Source: Candidatus Nealsonbacteria bacterium (lineage in GTDB: Bacteria; Patescibacteriota; Minisyncoccia; Minisyncoccales; JAGMDC01). From it: a stretch of 64,000 nt of DNA. Every line of letters begins with the position of its first letter. Position 1 is the first letter of the stretch. The notes below the pieces were generated by a model. That model was given only the letters and a program-made list of their open reading frames with translations, was not told the origin of the DNA and did no database searches. The stretch covers positions 17,631 to 81,630 of the forward strand of contig JAUWMZ010000004.1 of NCBI GenBank assembly GCA_030612885.1, in the 5' to 3' direction. A program made the translations under genes and the position numbers. Positions 52,303 to 61,803 of the stretch are shown in pieces.

Positions 52303-53335
52303 AAGCAAAAAATTAAAGTTTCCATCAGAACTTCGTTTTGATTTAGCCAGCAAGGATTGGGTTGTTATTGCTACTGGCAGAGCGCGGAGACCGGAGACAT
52401 TTAAAAAAGAAAGAAGAAAAATAGAAAAGGTTTCTAAAAAAGATTGTCCTTTTTGTCAAATTCATACTCAAGAAAAACCAACATTAGTGTTTTATAACGG
52501 AAAAAAGATTATTTTTAAACCAGGAGACAAAATTCCCAAGAACTGGACTACTATGGTGGTTCCTAATAAATATCCTGCTTTTATTCCTAATTCAAGAATA
52601 GATAAACATATTGAAGGGGGCTTATATGAGAAAATGAACGCAGTGGGTTTTCACGAGGTAGTGGTTACTCGAGACCATAGCAAACAGATGGCTCAATTTT
52701 CAATAAAGCAGATTAAAGAGGTAATAGATGTTTATCAACAAAGATATTTAGGTCTGATGAAAGAAAAGTTTGTCAATTATGTCTCCGTTTTTCATAACCA
52801 CGGTATAGAGTCAGGCGCTTCAATCGCTCATCCTCATTCTCAAATTATAACTACGCCTCTTATTGATACTGATTTAAAGAAAGCTATACGTAATTCTAAA
52901 AAATATCTCAGAGCTCATAAAAAATGCCTTTACTGTTTGATGGGAGAATGGGAAAGAAAAACTAAAGAAAGGGTAGTTTTTGAAAACAAGGATTTTTTAG
53001 TCATTTGTCCTTTTGCTTCTAAAATGGCTTTTGAAATTATTATTACTCCTAAAAAACACCTTTCTTATTTTGAAAGAATTACTGAAGAAGAAAAATCACA
53101 GTTAGCCGAGGCATTTCAAAAAGCCTTGAGCAAGCTTTATAAAGGTTTAAATGATCCAGCTTACAATTTTTATCTCCATACTGCTCCTTGCGATGGAAAA
53201 GATTATGGTTATTATCACTGGCATTGGACTATTTTACCGAAAACTTCAACCTGGGCCGGGTTTGAAATCGGCACCAGAATGGAGATTTCTACTATTGAGC
53301 CGGAAAAGGCAGCAGAGTATTTAAAAAAACAATGA
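52295..53335 (+). CDS. galT: galactose-1-phosphate uridylyltransferase (HIT superfamily)
   Basis: CPFCQ zinc motif; active site HPHSQI; second half-domain with HWHW. Confidence 0.8.
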   Translation: MFKSKKLKFPSELRFDLASKDWVVIATGRARRPETFKKERRKIEKVSKKDCPFCQIHTQEKPTLVFYNGKKIIFKPGDKIPKNWTTMVVPNKYPAFIPNSRIDKHIEGGLYEKMNAVGFHEVVVTRDHSKQMAQFSIKQIKEVIDVYQQRYLGLMKEKFVNYVSVFHNHGIESGASIAHPHSQIITTPLIDTDLKKAIRNSKKYLRAHKKCLYCLMGEWERKTKERVVFENKDFLVICPFASKMAFEIIITPKKHLSYFERITEEEKSQLAEAFQKALSKLYKGLNDPAYNFYLHTAPCDGKDYGYYHWHWTILPKTSTWAGFEIGTRMEISTIEPEKAAEYLKKQ

Positions 53336-53790
53336 TTTTAGAAATAAAAACATTCTTATTGGCAATGATGCCGATAGGCGAACTTCGGATATCTATCCCT
53401 TATGCATTAGAAGTGTATGATTTATCACTTTGGTCAGCTTATTTTTTTTCTGTTATTGGCAACTTAATTCCAGCTATTTTTCTACTTTGGTTTTTAGGGC
53501 CTGTTTCTAAGTACTTAAGTCATCACTTTTATTCCTTTAATCGTTTTTTTGCCTGGCTTTTTGAAAGAAATAGAAAAAATCACAGTAATAAGTTTAAAAA
53601 TTGGAAAGAACTGGCTTTAGTTATTTTAGTAGCTATTCCTCTTCCATTCACTGGCGCCTGGACTGGTTCAATCTGCGCTTTTATTTTTAGAATTCCCTTT
53701 AAAACAGCTCTGCCGTTGATATTTTTAGGAATACTAATCGCCGGCATATTAGTTTCTTTACTAAGCTTAGGCCTATTTCAATTTATTTAA
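53332..53790 (+). CDS. small membrane protein (putative small multidrug export / COG2426-like)
   Basis: 152 aa, 4 TM segments, N-terminal LLAMMPIGELRISIPYAL motif. Confidence 0.5.
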   Translation: MILEIKTFLLAMMPIGELRISIPYALEVYDLSLWSAYFFSVIGNLIPAIFLLWFLGPVSKYLSHHFYSFNRFFAWLFERNRKNHSNKFKNWKELALVILVAIPLPFTGAWTGSICAFIFRIPFKTALPLIFLGILIAGILVSLLSLGLFQFI

Positions 53791-53801
53791 TTTAAATCAT
53801 T

Positions 53802-53826
53802 CATACAAACACCAGGTGTTTGTATG
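53802..53826. other. conserved hairpin ACAAACAC-NNN-GTGTTTGT family, copy 3
   Basis: catacaaacac-cag-gtgtttgtatg (11-bp stem). Confidence 0.6.
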
Positions 53827-53833
53827 AAGTTCT

Positions 53834-56224
53834 ATGAAAAAATCAGAAAAACTTATACTTTGGTACAGAGAAATCTCTAAAGATGATGTTGCTTTGGTTG
53901 GCGGGAAAAATGCTTCTCTGGGAGAGATGTTTTCGCAACTCACAAAAAAGGGAATTAACATTCCTGATGGTTTTGTTTTAACTTCAAAGGCATACTGGCA
54001 TTTCTTAAAAAAGAATCAGATTAACGAACAAATAAAAAAAATATTTAAGAATTTTAATCCAAAAAGTTTGAGTTCTTTAGAAAAAACCGGCAGAGATGCA
54101 AGGCAATTAATTTTAAAGTCTGAATTTCCACAGGACTTAAAAAAAGAGATTCTGGAAAATTATAGAAAGTTGTCTAAAAAATATAATAAAGGGAATGTCG
54201 ATGTCGCTGTAAGAAGTTCGGCCACTGCGGAAGACCTGCCAAGCGCGAGTTTTGCCGGCCAACATGAGACTTACTTGAATATTTCTGGCAGCGAAGAATT
54301 ATTAAAAGCCATTAAAAAATGTATGGCTTCTTTGTTTACTGATAGAGCCATTGCCTATCGTGATGAGAAAGGTTTTAATCACTTAAAAATTGCTTTATCT
54401 GTTGGAGTTCAAAAAATGATCAGGTCAGACATAGCTTCTTCTGGTATAATGTTTACCTTAGATACTGAAACTGGATTTCAAAATGTGGTTTTAATTAATT
54501 CTATCTATGGAATAGGAGAAATGATAGTTAAAGGGAAAATCACGCCTGATGAATTTTATGTTTTTAAGCCAACCCTTCGGCAGGCTCAGGGCAAGCTTTA
54601 CGAACCAATAATTTCAAAAAATTTGGGAAGGAAGAATAAACAATATATCTATAATAAAAATGGCGGATTGAAAGAAATTAAGGTTCCTCAAAACAAGCAA
54701 TTAAAATTTTCTTTAACTGATGACGAAATTTTATACTTAGCTAACTGGGCTTGTCAAATTGAAGAGCATTACAAAATGCCCCAAGATATTGAATGGGCAA
54801 AAGACGGAAAAACCGGAAAGTTATTTATTGTTCAAGCAAGGCCGGAGACAGTTCATACCTCTGAAGTTAAAAAAGTTTATGAAGAATATAGAATTCAAAC
54901 AAAGAAAAAGCCGATTTTAGAAGGAATTGCTGTTGGAAATAAAATCGGTCAGGGAAAAACAAGAATTGTTTCTAATATTTCAAAAATTAGTCAATTCAGA
55001 AAGGGAGAGGTTTTGGTAACCAAAATCACAGATCCGGACTGGGTTCCGATAATGCGGCTCGCTTCGGCTATTGTTACTGATGAAGGCGGCAAGACCTGCC
55101 ATTCTGCTATAGTGGCCCGGGAATTAGGAATACCCTGTATTGTTGGAACAAAAACCGCTACAAAAGTCTTGAAAAACGATCAAGATATAACCATTGATTG
55201 TACACAAGGATTAGAAGGAAGAATATTTTTAGGAAAAATTTCTTTTGAAATTAAAAAATATAATTTGAGAAAGATTCCCAAATTAAAAACAAAGATCATG
55301 CTCAACATCGGAGCGCCAGACATTGCTTTTAAGACTTCATTTTTGCCGAATGACGGAGTAGGATTAGCTAGAGAAGAGTTTATTATTGCGGAAAAAATTA
55401 GAATTCATCCCTTGGCTCTTTATCACTTTAAAGAATTAGAAGACAAAACATTAAAGAAAAAAATTGAGAAAATAAGCGTTGGATACAAAGATAAAAAGCA
55501 ATATTTTGTTGATAAGTTGGCAGAGGGAGTGGCGACAATTGCGGCAGCGTTTTATCCTAAAGAAGTAATTTTGAGATTTTCTGATTTTAAAAGCAATGAA
55601 TATAGAAATTTAATAGGCGGCGAACTTTTTGAGCAAGAAGAAGCAAATCCAATGCTGGGATTCAGGGGCGCCTGCCGTTATTTAGATAAAGAATTTCAGC
55701 CGGCCTTTCAAATGGAATGCCAGGCAATTAAAAAAGCAAGAGAAGAATTCGGCTTAAAAAATATCACTTTAATGGTTCCTTTTTGCCGAACAGTAGAGGA
55801 GGGGAAAAAAGTTTTAGATTTAATGAAAAAGTTTGGTTTGGAAAAAGGAAAAGATGGCTTAAAAGTCATTGTAATGTGCGAAATTCCTTCCAATGTTATT
55901 TTAGCAGATGAATTTTTAGACATTTTTGACGGGATGTCAATCGGTTCAAACGACCTTACTCAGTTATCATTAGGAATGGATAGGGACAATGCGCGGATTG
56001 CTCATATTACTGATGAGAGAAATCCGACTATTAAAAAAATGCTTTCAAAAGTGATTTATTTATGCCGCCAAAAGAAAAAATATTGCGGAATCTGCGGTGA
56101 AGCTCCTAGTACATATCCGGAATTTGCTGAATTTTTAGTTAAAGAAGGGATAGAAAGCATTTCTTTAAATCCAGACACTGTTATCAAAACAATTTTAAAC
56201 TTGGCAAAAAAGAAAAAAAAGTGA
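53834..56224 (+). CDS. ppsA: phosphoenolpyruvate synthase
   Basis: VGGKNASLGEM, VAVRSSATAEDLPSASFAGQHETYLN, phospho-His region TDEGGKTCHSAIVARELGIP, GSNDLTQ. Confidence 0.95.
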   Translation: MKKSEKLILWYREISKDDVALVGGKNASLGEMFSQLTKKGINIPDGFVLTSKAYWHFLKKNQINEQIKKIFKNFNPKSLSSLEKTGRDARQLILKSEFPQDLKKEILENYRKLSKKYNKGNVDVAVRSSATAEDLPSASFAGQHETYLNISGSEELLKAIKKCMASLFTDRAIAYRDEKGFNHLKIALSVGVQKMIRSDIASSGIMFTLDTETGFQNVVLINSIYGIGEMIVKGKITPDEFYVFKPTLRQAQGKLYEPIISKNLGRKNKQYIYNKNGGLKEIKVPQNKQLKFSLTDDEILYLANWACQIEEHYKMPQDIEWAKDGKTGKLFIVQARPETVHTSEVKKVYEEYRIQTKKKPILEGIAVGNKIGQGKTRIVSNISKISQFRKGEVLVTKITDPDWVPIMRLASAIVTDEGGKTCHSAIVARELGIPCIVGTKTATKVLKNDQDITIDCTQGLEGRIFLGKISFEIKKYNLRKIPKLKTKIMLNIGAPDIAFKTSFLPNDGVGLAREEFIIAEKIRIHPLALYHFKELEDKTLKKKIEKISVGYKDKKQYFVDKLAEGVATIAAAFYPKEVILRFSDFKSNEYRNLIGGELFEQEEANPMLGFRGACRYLDKEFQPAFQMECQAIKKAREEFGLKNITLMVPFCRTVEEGKKVLDLMKKFGLEKGKDGLKVIVMCEIPSNVILADEFLDIFDGMSIGSNDLTQLSLGMDRDNARIAHITDERNPTIKKMLSKVIYLCRQKKKYCGICGEAPSTYPEFAEFLVKEGIESISLNPDTVIKTILNLAKKKKK

Positions 56225-56239
56225 TATAATAATATAAAT

Positions 56240-57127
56240 ATGGAAAAAACATTAACATTAAAAGAATATGTGAAGAAAAACGATAAAGAAATAGCAGGTT
56301 TGATTGTAAAAATGGCTGATATTGCAGAAAGAATAAGCCAGGAGCTTCCATACAGACGCGGCAAGGCAGACACAAAAAATGTGTTTGGCGAAACACAATT
56401 AGTTGCGGATAAATGGACGGATAAATTTATTATTGGTGAATTTCGCAAATCAAGATTAGTTAAAACAATGAAATCAGAGGAGCAGGGAGAAATAGTTAAG
56501 TTGAATGATAATGGAATTTTTAACATAACATTGGATCCATTAGACGGTTCTTCAAATATGAAAAGCAATAATTTAGTTGGCACAATATTTGGTATATATA
56601 AAAAAGATTTACCAACTCAAGGGAAAAATCAGATAGGCGCCGCGTATATTTTATATGGGCCCGTGATGTCCTTAGTTTACGCAACTAAAAATAGTGTTAA
56701 TAAATTTTTTTATACTAAAAAAGGATTTATTTTGAAACAAAAAAATATAAAACTTCCGGAGCCAGGTATATTATATGGAATTGGCGGGTTACGCAAGGAC
56801 TGGCTTCCCAAATTCAGAAAATATATTGAGGGGCTGGAAGCAAAAGGATATAAATTAAGATATGGCGGTTCGTTTGTCGGGGATTTTAATCAGGTTCTTC
56901 ATTATGGCGGAATTTTCGCTTATCCGGCGCTTATAAACAAGCCAAACGGAAAGTTAAGGTTGTCGGCCGAGAGCAATCCAATGTCATATATTATAAAGCA
57001 AGCGGGCGGTGCTTCAACTAATGGCGCAGGGTCAATATTAGATATTGAACCGGAAAGTATTAATCAAAGAATTCCAACTTATGTTGGTAATAAAGGTCTC
57101 ATTAAAAATTTAGAAAAAATATTATAA
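56240..57127 (+). CDS. fbp: fructose-1,6-bisphosphatase, class 1
   Basis: NVFGETQLVADKW, SEEQGE, DPLDGSSNMKSNNLVGTIFGIY, YGGSFVGDFNQVL. Confidence 0.85.
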   Translation: MEKTLTLKEYVKKNDKEIAGLIVKMADIAERISQELPYRRGKADTKNVFGETQLVADKWTDKFIIGEFRKSRLVKTMKSEEQGEIVKLNDNGIFNITLDPLDGSSNMKSNNLVGTIFGIYKKDLPTQGKNQIGAAYILYGPVMSLVYATKNSVNKFFYTKKGFILKQKNIKLPEPGILYGIGGLRKDWLPKFRKYIEGLEAKGYKLRYGGSFVGDFNQVLHYGGIFAYPALINKPNGKLRLSAESNPMSYIIKQAGGASTNGAGSILDIEPESINQRIPTYVGNKGLIKNLEKIL

Positions 57128-57129
57128 TT

Positions 57130-58041
57130 ATGGAAAAAACAATTAAAGCACCTTTGGACGTTCCAAAGGCAATGCGAAAAAAATATATTCAGAATTATTT
57201 GAATATAACACGCAATTCCGGCAGAATAATGCTTTTTGCCGGAGATCAGAAAATAGAGCATTTGAACAAAGATTTTTATGGCGAAGGAATACATCCTGAT
57301 GATGCTAATCCAGAGCATTTTTTCCGAATTGCAAGCAAGGCAAAAATTGGAGTGTTTGCTGCGCAACTCGGGCTGATTGCCAGATACGGCGCTGATTATA
57401 AAAATATTCAGTATCTTGTAAAACTTAATTCAAAAACTAATCTTATTAAAACAGAACAGAGAGATCCGTATAGCGGGAAAATCACTGATATTGATGAAGT
57501 TGTTGAATTTCAAAAAAATTCTGGTTTAAAGATAGTTGCTGTTGGCTATACAATTTATTTAGGAAGTGAATATGAAGTAGAAATGTTGAGCGAAGCATCG
57601 CGAATGGTTTATGAGGCGCATAAACAAGGCCTTTTAACAGTTCTTTGGATATACCCGCGAGGTAAAGCAGTAAAAGATGAAAAAGACCCGCATTTAATCG
57701 CTGGCGCAACAGGAGTGGCTGCTTGTTTAGGCAGTGATTTTGTTAAGATTAATTATCCTAAGAAGGAAGGCGAGGAATCAAAGGAGTTATTAAAGGAGGC
57801 AATTCAATCAGCAGGCAGAACAGGTGTTGTATGTGCTGGTGGTTCTTCGATAGATGTTAAAGTGTTTTTACAACGGTTGTATGATCAAATTAAGGTTGGA
57901 GCATGCGGAAATGCAACTGGAAGGAATATTCATCAAAAAGGACTTAAAGAAGCAGTAGTAATGTGTAATGCAATTTATGCTATTACTGTTGAAAATAAGA
58001 CAGTTGATGACGCTTTAAAAATTTACAATCAAATTGTCTAA
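57130..58041 (+). CDS. class I fructose-bisphosphate aldolase (DhnA/FbaB family)
   Basis: FAGDQKIEH, YLVKLNSKT, DFVKINYP (Schiff-base Lys region), AGGS. Confidence 0.7.
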   Translation: MEKTIKAPLDVPKAMRKKYIQNYLNITRNSGRIMLFAGDQKIEHLNKDFYGEGIHPDDANPEHFFRIASKAKIGVFAAQLGLIARYGADYKNIQYLVKLNSKTNLIKTEQRDPYSGKITDIDEVVEFQKNSGLKIVAVGYTIYLGSEYEVEMLSEASRMVYEAHKQGLLTVLWIYPRGKAVKDEKDPHLIAGATGVAACLGSDFVKINYPKKEGEESKELLKEAIQSAGRTGVVCAGGSSIDVKVFLQRLYDQIKVGACGNATGRNIHQKGLKEAVVMCNAIYAITVENKTVDDALKIYNQIV

Positions 58042-58090
58042 TAGTTTTCTTGACTTTTTTGGTCATATTCTGATAGAATATATGAGCATT

Positions 58091-58306
58091 ATGGCAAAGA
58101 TTATTTTAGATAAATCAAAGTGTGTTGGGTGCGGGGTTTGTCAGGCGGTCTGCCCGAAATATTTTGAATTGGGCCAAGACGGCAAATCTAAACTTAAAAA
58201 AGGAAAAAACAACTCAGATAAAGAGGAATTAGAAATAGACGAAATTGACTGTGCTCAAGAAGCAGCAGAATCCTGCCCAGCGCAATGCATTCATATTGAA
58301 AATTAA
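58091..58306 (+). CDS. small [4Fe-4S] ferredoxin
   Basis: Start placed at ATG 58091 (MAKIILDKSKCVGCGVCQAVCP...SCPAQCIHIE). Confidence 0.8.
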   Translation: MAKIILDKSKCVGCGVCQAVCPKYFELGQDGKSKLKKGKNNSDKEELEIDEIDCAQEAAESCPAQCIHIEN

Positions 58307-58307
58307 T

Positions 58308-58973
58308 ATGCTTAGTTTATCTGCTAAAATTAGAAAAGAAGAAAAACCAAGTGTCCTTAGAAGTAAGGGTCTTTTGCCCGCGGTTCTATATGGTCCCAAG
58401 ATTAAAAACTTTTCTTTACAGATAGATGAGAAAGAATTTGAAAAAATTTTTAAAGAAGCAGGCGAGAGCTCATTGATTAAATTAAAAGTTGATGAAAATG
58501 AATTCTTGATTTTAATTCACGATTTCCAAAAAGACCCATTAAAAGGAAATTTTATCCATATTGATTTTTATCAACCTGCTCTTGACGAAGAGACCGAAGC
58601 TACCGTGCCTTTGGAGTTTATAGGTGAAGCACCGGCAGTGAAAGAATTAGCAGGAACATTAGTTAAAAATATTAAAGAATTAGAGGTAAAAGCTTTGCCT
58701 CAAAATCTTCCTCATGATATTAAAGTTAATGTGGAAAGTTTAAAAACCTTTGAAGACAGTATTACAGTAAAGGATTTAAAAATTCCAGAAGGAGTAAAAA
58801 TATCAAAAGAGCCGGAGGAAGTCATAGCTTTAGTTACTCCGCCAGAAAAGGTAGAGGAAGAATTAGAAAAGCCAGTTGAGGAAAAAGTAGAGGAGGTGGA
58901 GAAAGTAGGCGAGAAGGAAAAAGAGGAGAAGAAAGAGGAGGAAGGAAAAGAAGAAATCCGCTCGGAAAAGTAA
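58308..58973 (+). CDS. rplY: 50S ribosomal protein L25/Ctc-type with Glu/Lys-rich tail
   Basis: Start placed at ATG 58308 (MLSLSAKIRKEE...LRSKGLLPAVLYG); last 5 codons and stop lie inside repeat copy B. Confidence 0.88.
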   Translation: MLSLSAKIRKEEKPSVLRSKGLLPAVLYGPKIKNFSLQIDEKEFEKIFKEAGESSLIKLKVDENEFLILIHDFQKDPLKGNFIHIDFYQPALDEETEATVPLEFIGEAPAVKELAGTLVKNIKELEVKALPQNLPHDIKVNVESLKTFEDSITVKDLKIPEGVKISKEPEEVIALVTPPEKVEEELEKPVEEKVEEVEKVGEKEKEEKKEEEGKEEIRSEK

Positions 58974-59108
58974 TTTTTAGGAGACGCTCGTTCGCTTCCA
59001 GCGAGCGAACTCGCTCAGCTCTCGGCAAAATTCGAGCACTCAATGTTTTGAGTACTCGACCAAGCAATTTTGCCTCGAGGTGCTCCATAAAAACTACTTT
59101 TCCTCGCT
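58959..59108. mobile_element. GC-rich ~150-nt multi-stem repeat element, copy B
   Basis: Collinear with 38249-38396; differences include a compensatory A-T to G-C pair swap and paired 1-nt indels in the outer stem. Confidence 0.8.
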
Positions 59109-59117
59109 TTATTCTTA

Positions 59118-60521
59118 ATGTTTTTTCGCATTTCCAAATCTATAATCTTATTTATCCTTATTTCGGTTTTACTATTGCCGAGTTTTTTTCTATTGGCTGA
59201 GGAAGATTTAGAAAAAGAATGTCAGATAGAAAATATTGAGAAGAAAGAAAACGAGCTTTCCAAGGAAGATTACGAAGCTTTTTTAAAGAAATGCGAAGCA
59301 TATTTTGTAGAAAAAAGCAAAGAGATTGAAAAGGATATCAATAAAACCGAAGCAGAGAAAAAGACATTACAAAATAAAGTTTATACCTTAAAAAACAAAA
59401 TTAAAAATTTAAATTATAAAATCAATCAGAGCAACCTAATAATAAAAGACCTTGGTTTACAAATTGGAGATACCCAGTCTTCAATAGATGAAACAGGTTT
59501 AGATATAGAAGATTTAAAACAAAGATTAGCAAAACTTCTGCGGCTTATCTATGAAGAAGACCAAAAATCCCTGATTGAAATTTTTCTTTCTGAAGAGGAA
59601 ATTTCTGATTTCTTTGATAATTTGGTAGCATTAGAAATACTTAATTCTGAGAATCAAGAAATTTTAGATAATATTAAAAGTTTAAAATCTTATTTAGAAA
59701 ATCAAAAAATATCCTTGGATGAAGAAAAGGAAGACAGAGAAAATACTCTTGCTGTTTATGATTTACAAAAACAAGAAAATGCAGAAATAAAAGCAGAACA
59801 AGAATATTTTCTTAAGTTAACAGAAAAAGAATATCAAAAGTATATTGCAGAGAAAGAAGAGACAGATAAAACTGCTTCTGAAATAAGGGCTCGAATTTTT
59901 GAATTAGTTGGTATTACCGAAGCTCCTCCTACTTTTGGAGAAGCGTATGAACTTGCTAAGTATGTTCAAGGCATCACAGGAATTCGTCCTGCATTTTTGT
60001 TGGCAATTTTAACACAGGAATCAAATATTGGCAAAAATGTCGGCCAGTGTTATTTGAAAAATACAAAAACAGGTGAGGGGATTTATATTAAAACAGGGAA
60101 CACAGCTCATAAAACAATGAGCCCTAAAAGTATTCCCAAATTTTTAAACATTACCAAAGATTTAGGAAGAGACCCTTATAAAACTCCTGTTTCCTGCTGT
60201 ATGTATTACAAAGGCGAGCCCTATGGCTGGGGAGGGGCAATGGGTCCAGCCCAATTTATTCCTTCCACTTGGGTTTTATATCAAGACAAAATAAGAGCAG
60301 TTACTGGAACTACTCCTGATCCTTGGAATATAAAAGACGCTTTTTTAGCGTCTGGTATTTATCTGAAAGAATTGGGTGGCAGTAAAAATGAATTTAGGGC
60401 AGCTATGCATTATTTTTCCGGAAGCACTTGGACTAAATACGAAGAATTTTACGGAAGGTCTGTAGTATCCTTAGCTAATAGGTATGAAAAAGATATTGCC
60501 AAGCTTGAAAGCGCAAAGTAA
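59118..60521 (+). CDS. secreted coiled-coil protein with C-terminal MltB-like lytic transglycosylase domain
   Basis: N-terminal signal/TM; long heptad-rich region; LLAILTQESNIG (catalytic Glu) and GAMGPAQFIPSTW. Confidence 0.75.
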   Translation: MFFRISKSIILFILISVLLLPSFFLLAEEDLEKECQIENIEKKENELSKEDYEAFLKKCEAYFVEKSKEIEKDINKTEAEKKTLQNKVYTLKNKIKNLNYKINQSNLIIKDLGLQIGDTQSSIDETGLDIEDLKQRLAKLLRLIYEEDQKSLIEIFLSEEEISDFFDNLVALEILNSENQEILDNIKSLKSYLENQKISLDEEKEDRENTLAVYDLQKQENAEIKAEQEYFLKLTEKEYQKYIAEKEETDKTASEIRARIFELVGITEAPPTFGEAYELAKYVQGITGIRPAFLLAILTQESNIGKNVGQCYLKNTKTGEGIYIKTGNTAHKTMSPKSIPKFLNITKDLGRDPYKTPVSCCMYYKGEPYGWGGAMGPAQFIPSTWVLYQDKIRAVTGTTPDPWNIKDAFLASGIYLKELGGSKNEFRAAMHYFSGSTWTKYEEFYGRSVVSLANRYEKDIAKLESAK

Positions 60522-60525
60522 AAAT

Positions 60526-61287
60526 TTAATTTTTTAGATTTTTTTCTAAAGTTTTAATCATTTTATCTAATTCTCCATTCATAATTTTTTCAATATGATG
60601 CCAGGATTTCTTGATACGATGGTCAGTAATACGGTCTTGAGGAAAATTATAAGTTCTAATTTTCTCTGCTCTCATTGCCAAGCCAATTTGGGCTTTTCTT
60701 TTTCCTCCAATCGTTTCTTCCTGTTCTCTTTGTTTTTTTTCTAAAAGCCGGGCCTCTAAAACACTCAAAGCATTTTCTTTATTTTCTAACTGGTTTCTTT
60801 CTGTTTGCGATGTAACTACTATTCCAGTAGGCAGGTGAGTGATTCTAATTGCCGTTTCTCTTTTATTGACGTTTTGTCCTCCTGGTCCAGATGATTTATA
60901 AATGTCAATTTTTAAATCTTTTGGATCTATTTTAATTTGAGTTTTTTTTGATTTTGGCAGAACAGCTACAGTCGCTGTAGAGGTATGGGTTCTTCCTCCT
61001 TTTTCGGTTTTTGGAATTCTTTGAATTCTATGAACCCCTCCTTCGTATTTTATTTTAGACCAAACATCTCCATTTTTTAATTCAAAGGTTATCTGTTTAT
61101 ATCCTCCTAATTCTGTTTTTTGAGAATCCAGAATTTTTTGCTTCCAGCCCTGATTCTGGGCATATCTTGTATACATTCTGAATAAATTAGCTGCAAATAA
61201 AGCCGCTTCTTCTCCGCCAGTACCAGCTCGAATTTCTATAATTACATCTTTTGGCTCTTCTTGAATTGTTGATTCTATACTTTCCAT
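60526..61287 (-). CDS. prfA: peptide chain release factor 1 lacking N-terminal domain 1
   Basis: PKT (PxT) codon-recognition motif in RIPKTEKGGRTHTS, GGQ in SSGPGGQNVNK; protein starts ~15 aa before IEIRAGTGGEEA. Confidence 0.85.
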   Translation of the reverse strand: MESIESTIQEEPKDVIIEIRAGTGGEEAALFAANLFRMYTRYAQNQGWKQKILDSQKTELGGYKQITFELKNGDVWSKIKYEGGVHRIQRIPKTEKGGRTHTSTATVAVLPKSKKTQIKIDPKDLKIDIYKSSGPGGQNVNKRETAIRITHLPTGIVVTSQTERNQLENKENALSVLEARLLEKKQREQEETIGGKRKAQIGLAMRAEKIRTYNFPQDRITDHRIKKSWHHIEKIMNGELDKMIKTLEKNLKN

Positions 61288-61291
61288 TGCT

Positions 61292-61516
61292 TTACTTTTT
61301 CTTTCTTTTTCTTTCTTTTTTGGCCAGCCGTTTTCTAAATTTTTCAACTCTTCCGGCAGTATCTACCATTTTCTCTTTCCCAGTATAAAAAGGATGACAT
61401 TGAGAACAAACCTCAATTTCAATGAGTTCTTTTGTTGAGCCAACAGTAAAGCTATTTCCGCAAGCACAACGCACTTGTGTGTTTGGGTAGTATTTAGGAT
61501 GTATATCTTTTTTCAT
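61292..61516 (-). CDS. rpmE: 50S ribosomal protein L31
   Basis: [10 protein letters not shown]...CACGN...[11 protein letters not shown]. Confidence 0.95.
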   Translation of the reverse strand: MKKDIHPKYYPNTQVRCACGNSFTVGSTKELIEIEVCSQCHPFYTGKEKMVDTAGRVEKFRKRLAKKERKRKKK

Positions 61517-61562
61517 GGTATTTTCATCTTAACAAAAAGTTTTTAAAAAAGCAAGAATTTCA

Positions 61563-61595
61563 ATAAAAAAATAGAGGTGAAATAATATACACCTC
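61563..61595 (-). terminator. intrinsic terminator of the small ORF
   Basis: gaggtg/cacctc stem followed (minus strand) by a T-run. Confidence 0.6.
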
Positions 61596-61602
61596 AAATA
61601 TT

Positions 61603-61803
61603 TTATACTAAAGACGACAACACATAGTTTCCGCAAATCTGACCTATGCTTATGCCTGTGCCTGTGCAAGGTTTTTCTGAATTAACATTCAGAATCTTTC
61701 CTTGCTTTTCTAAAGAAAGTAGCTCTTCTTTAATGCCTTTTTTACTTAGTTTTTCCAGTTTAGCCATTACTTCCAAAATTTCTTTTTCTGTTTCCGAACC
61801 CAT
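61603..61803 (-). CDS. small hypothetical protein (66 aa) with strong Shine-Dalgarno site
   Basis: AAGGAGGTGAT 8 nt upstream of ATG 61803; helical N-half, C-terminal PCTGTGISIGQICGNYVLSSLV; own terminator. The 151-aa ORF-track version is over-extended. Confidence 0.5.
   Translation of the reverse strand: MGSETEKEILEVMAKLEKLSKKGIKEELLSLEKQGKILNVNSEKPCTGTGISIGQICGNYVLSSLV

Noticed and set aside
54568-54597. GC-rich island in ppsA encoding LRQAQGKL, suspected to be another in-frame palindromic insert
   Set aside because: No convincing self-complementarity and no second copy in the window. The segment is only about 4 residues longer than the equivalent E. coli PpsA loop, so an insertion cannot be supported from this sequence alone.
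60526-61347. Programmed +1 frameshift, as in prfB
   Set aside because: The protein carries the RF1 PxT motif, not the RF2 SPF motif. No in-frame early UGA or SD-like frameshift site is present. The short N-terminus is better described as absence of domain 1.
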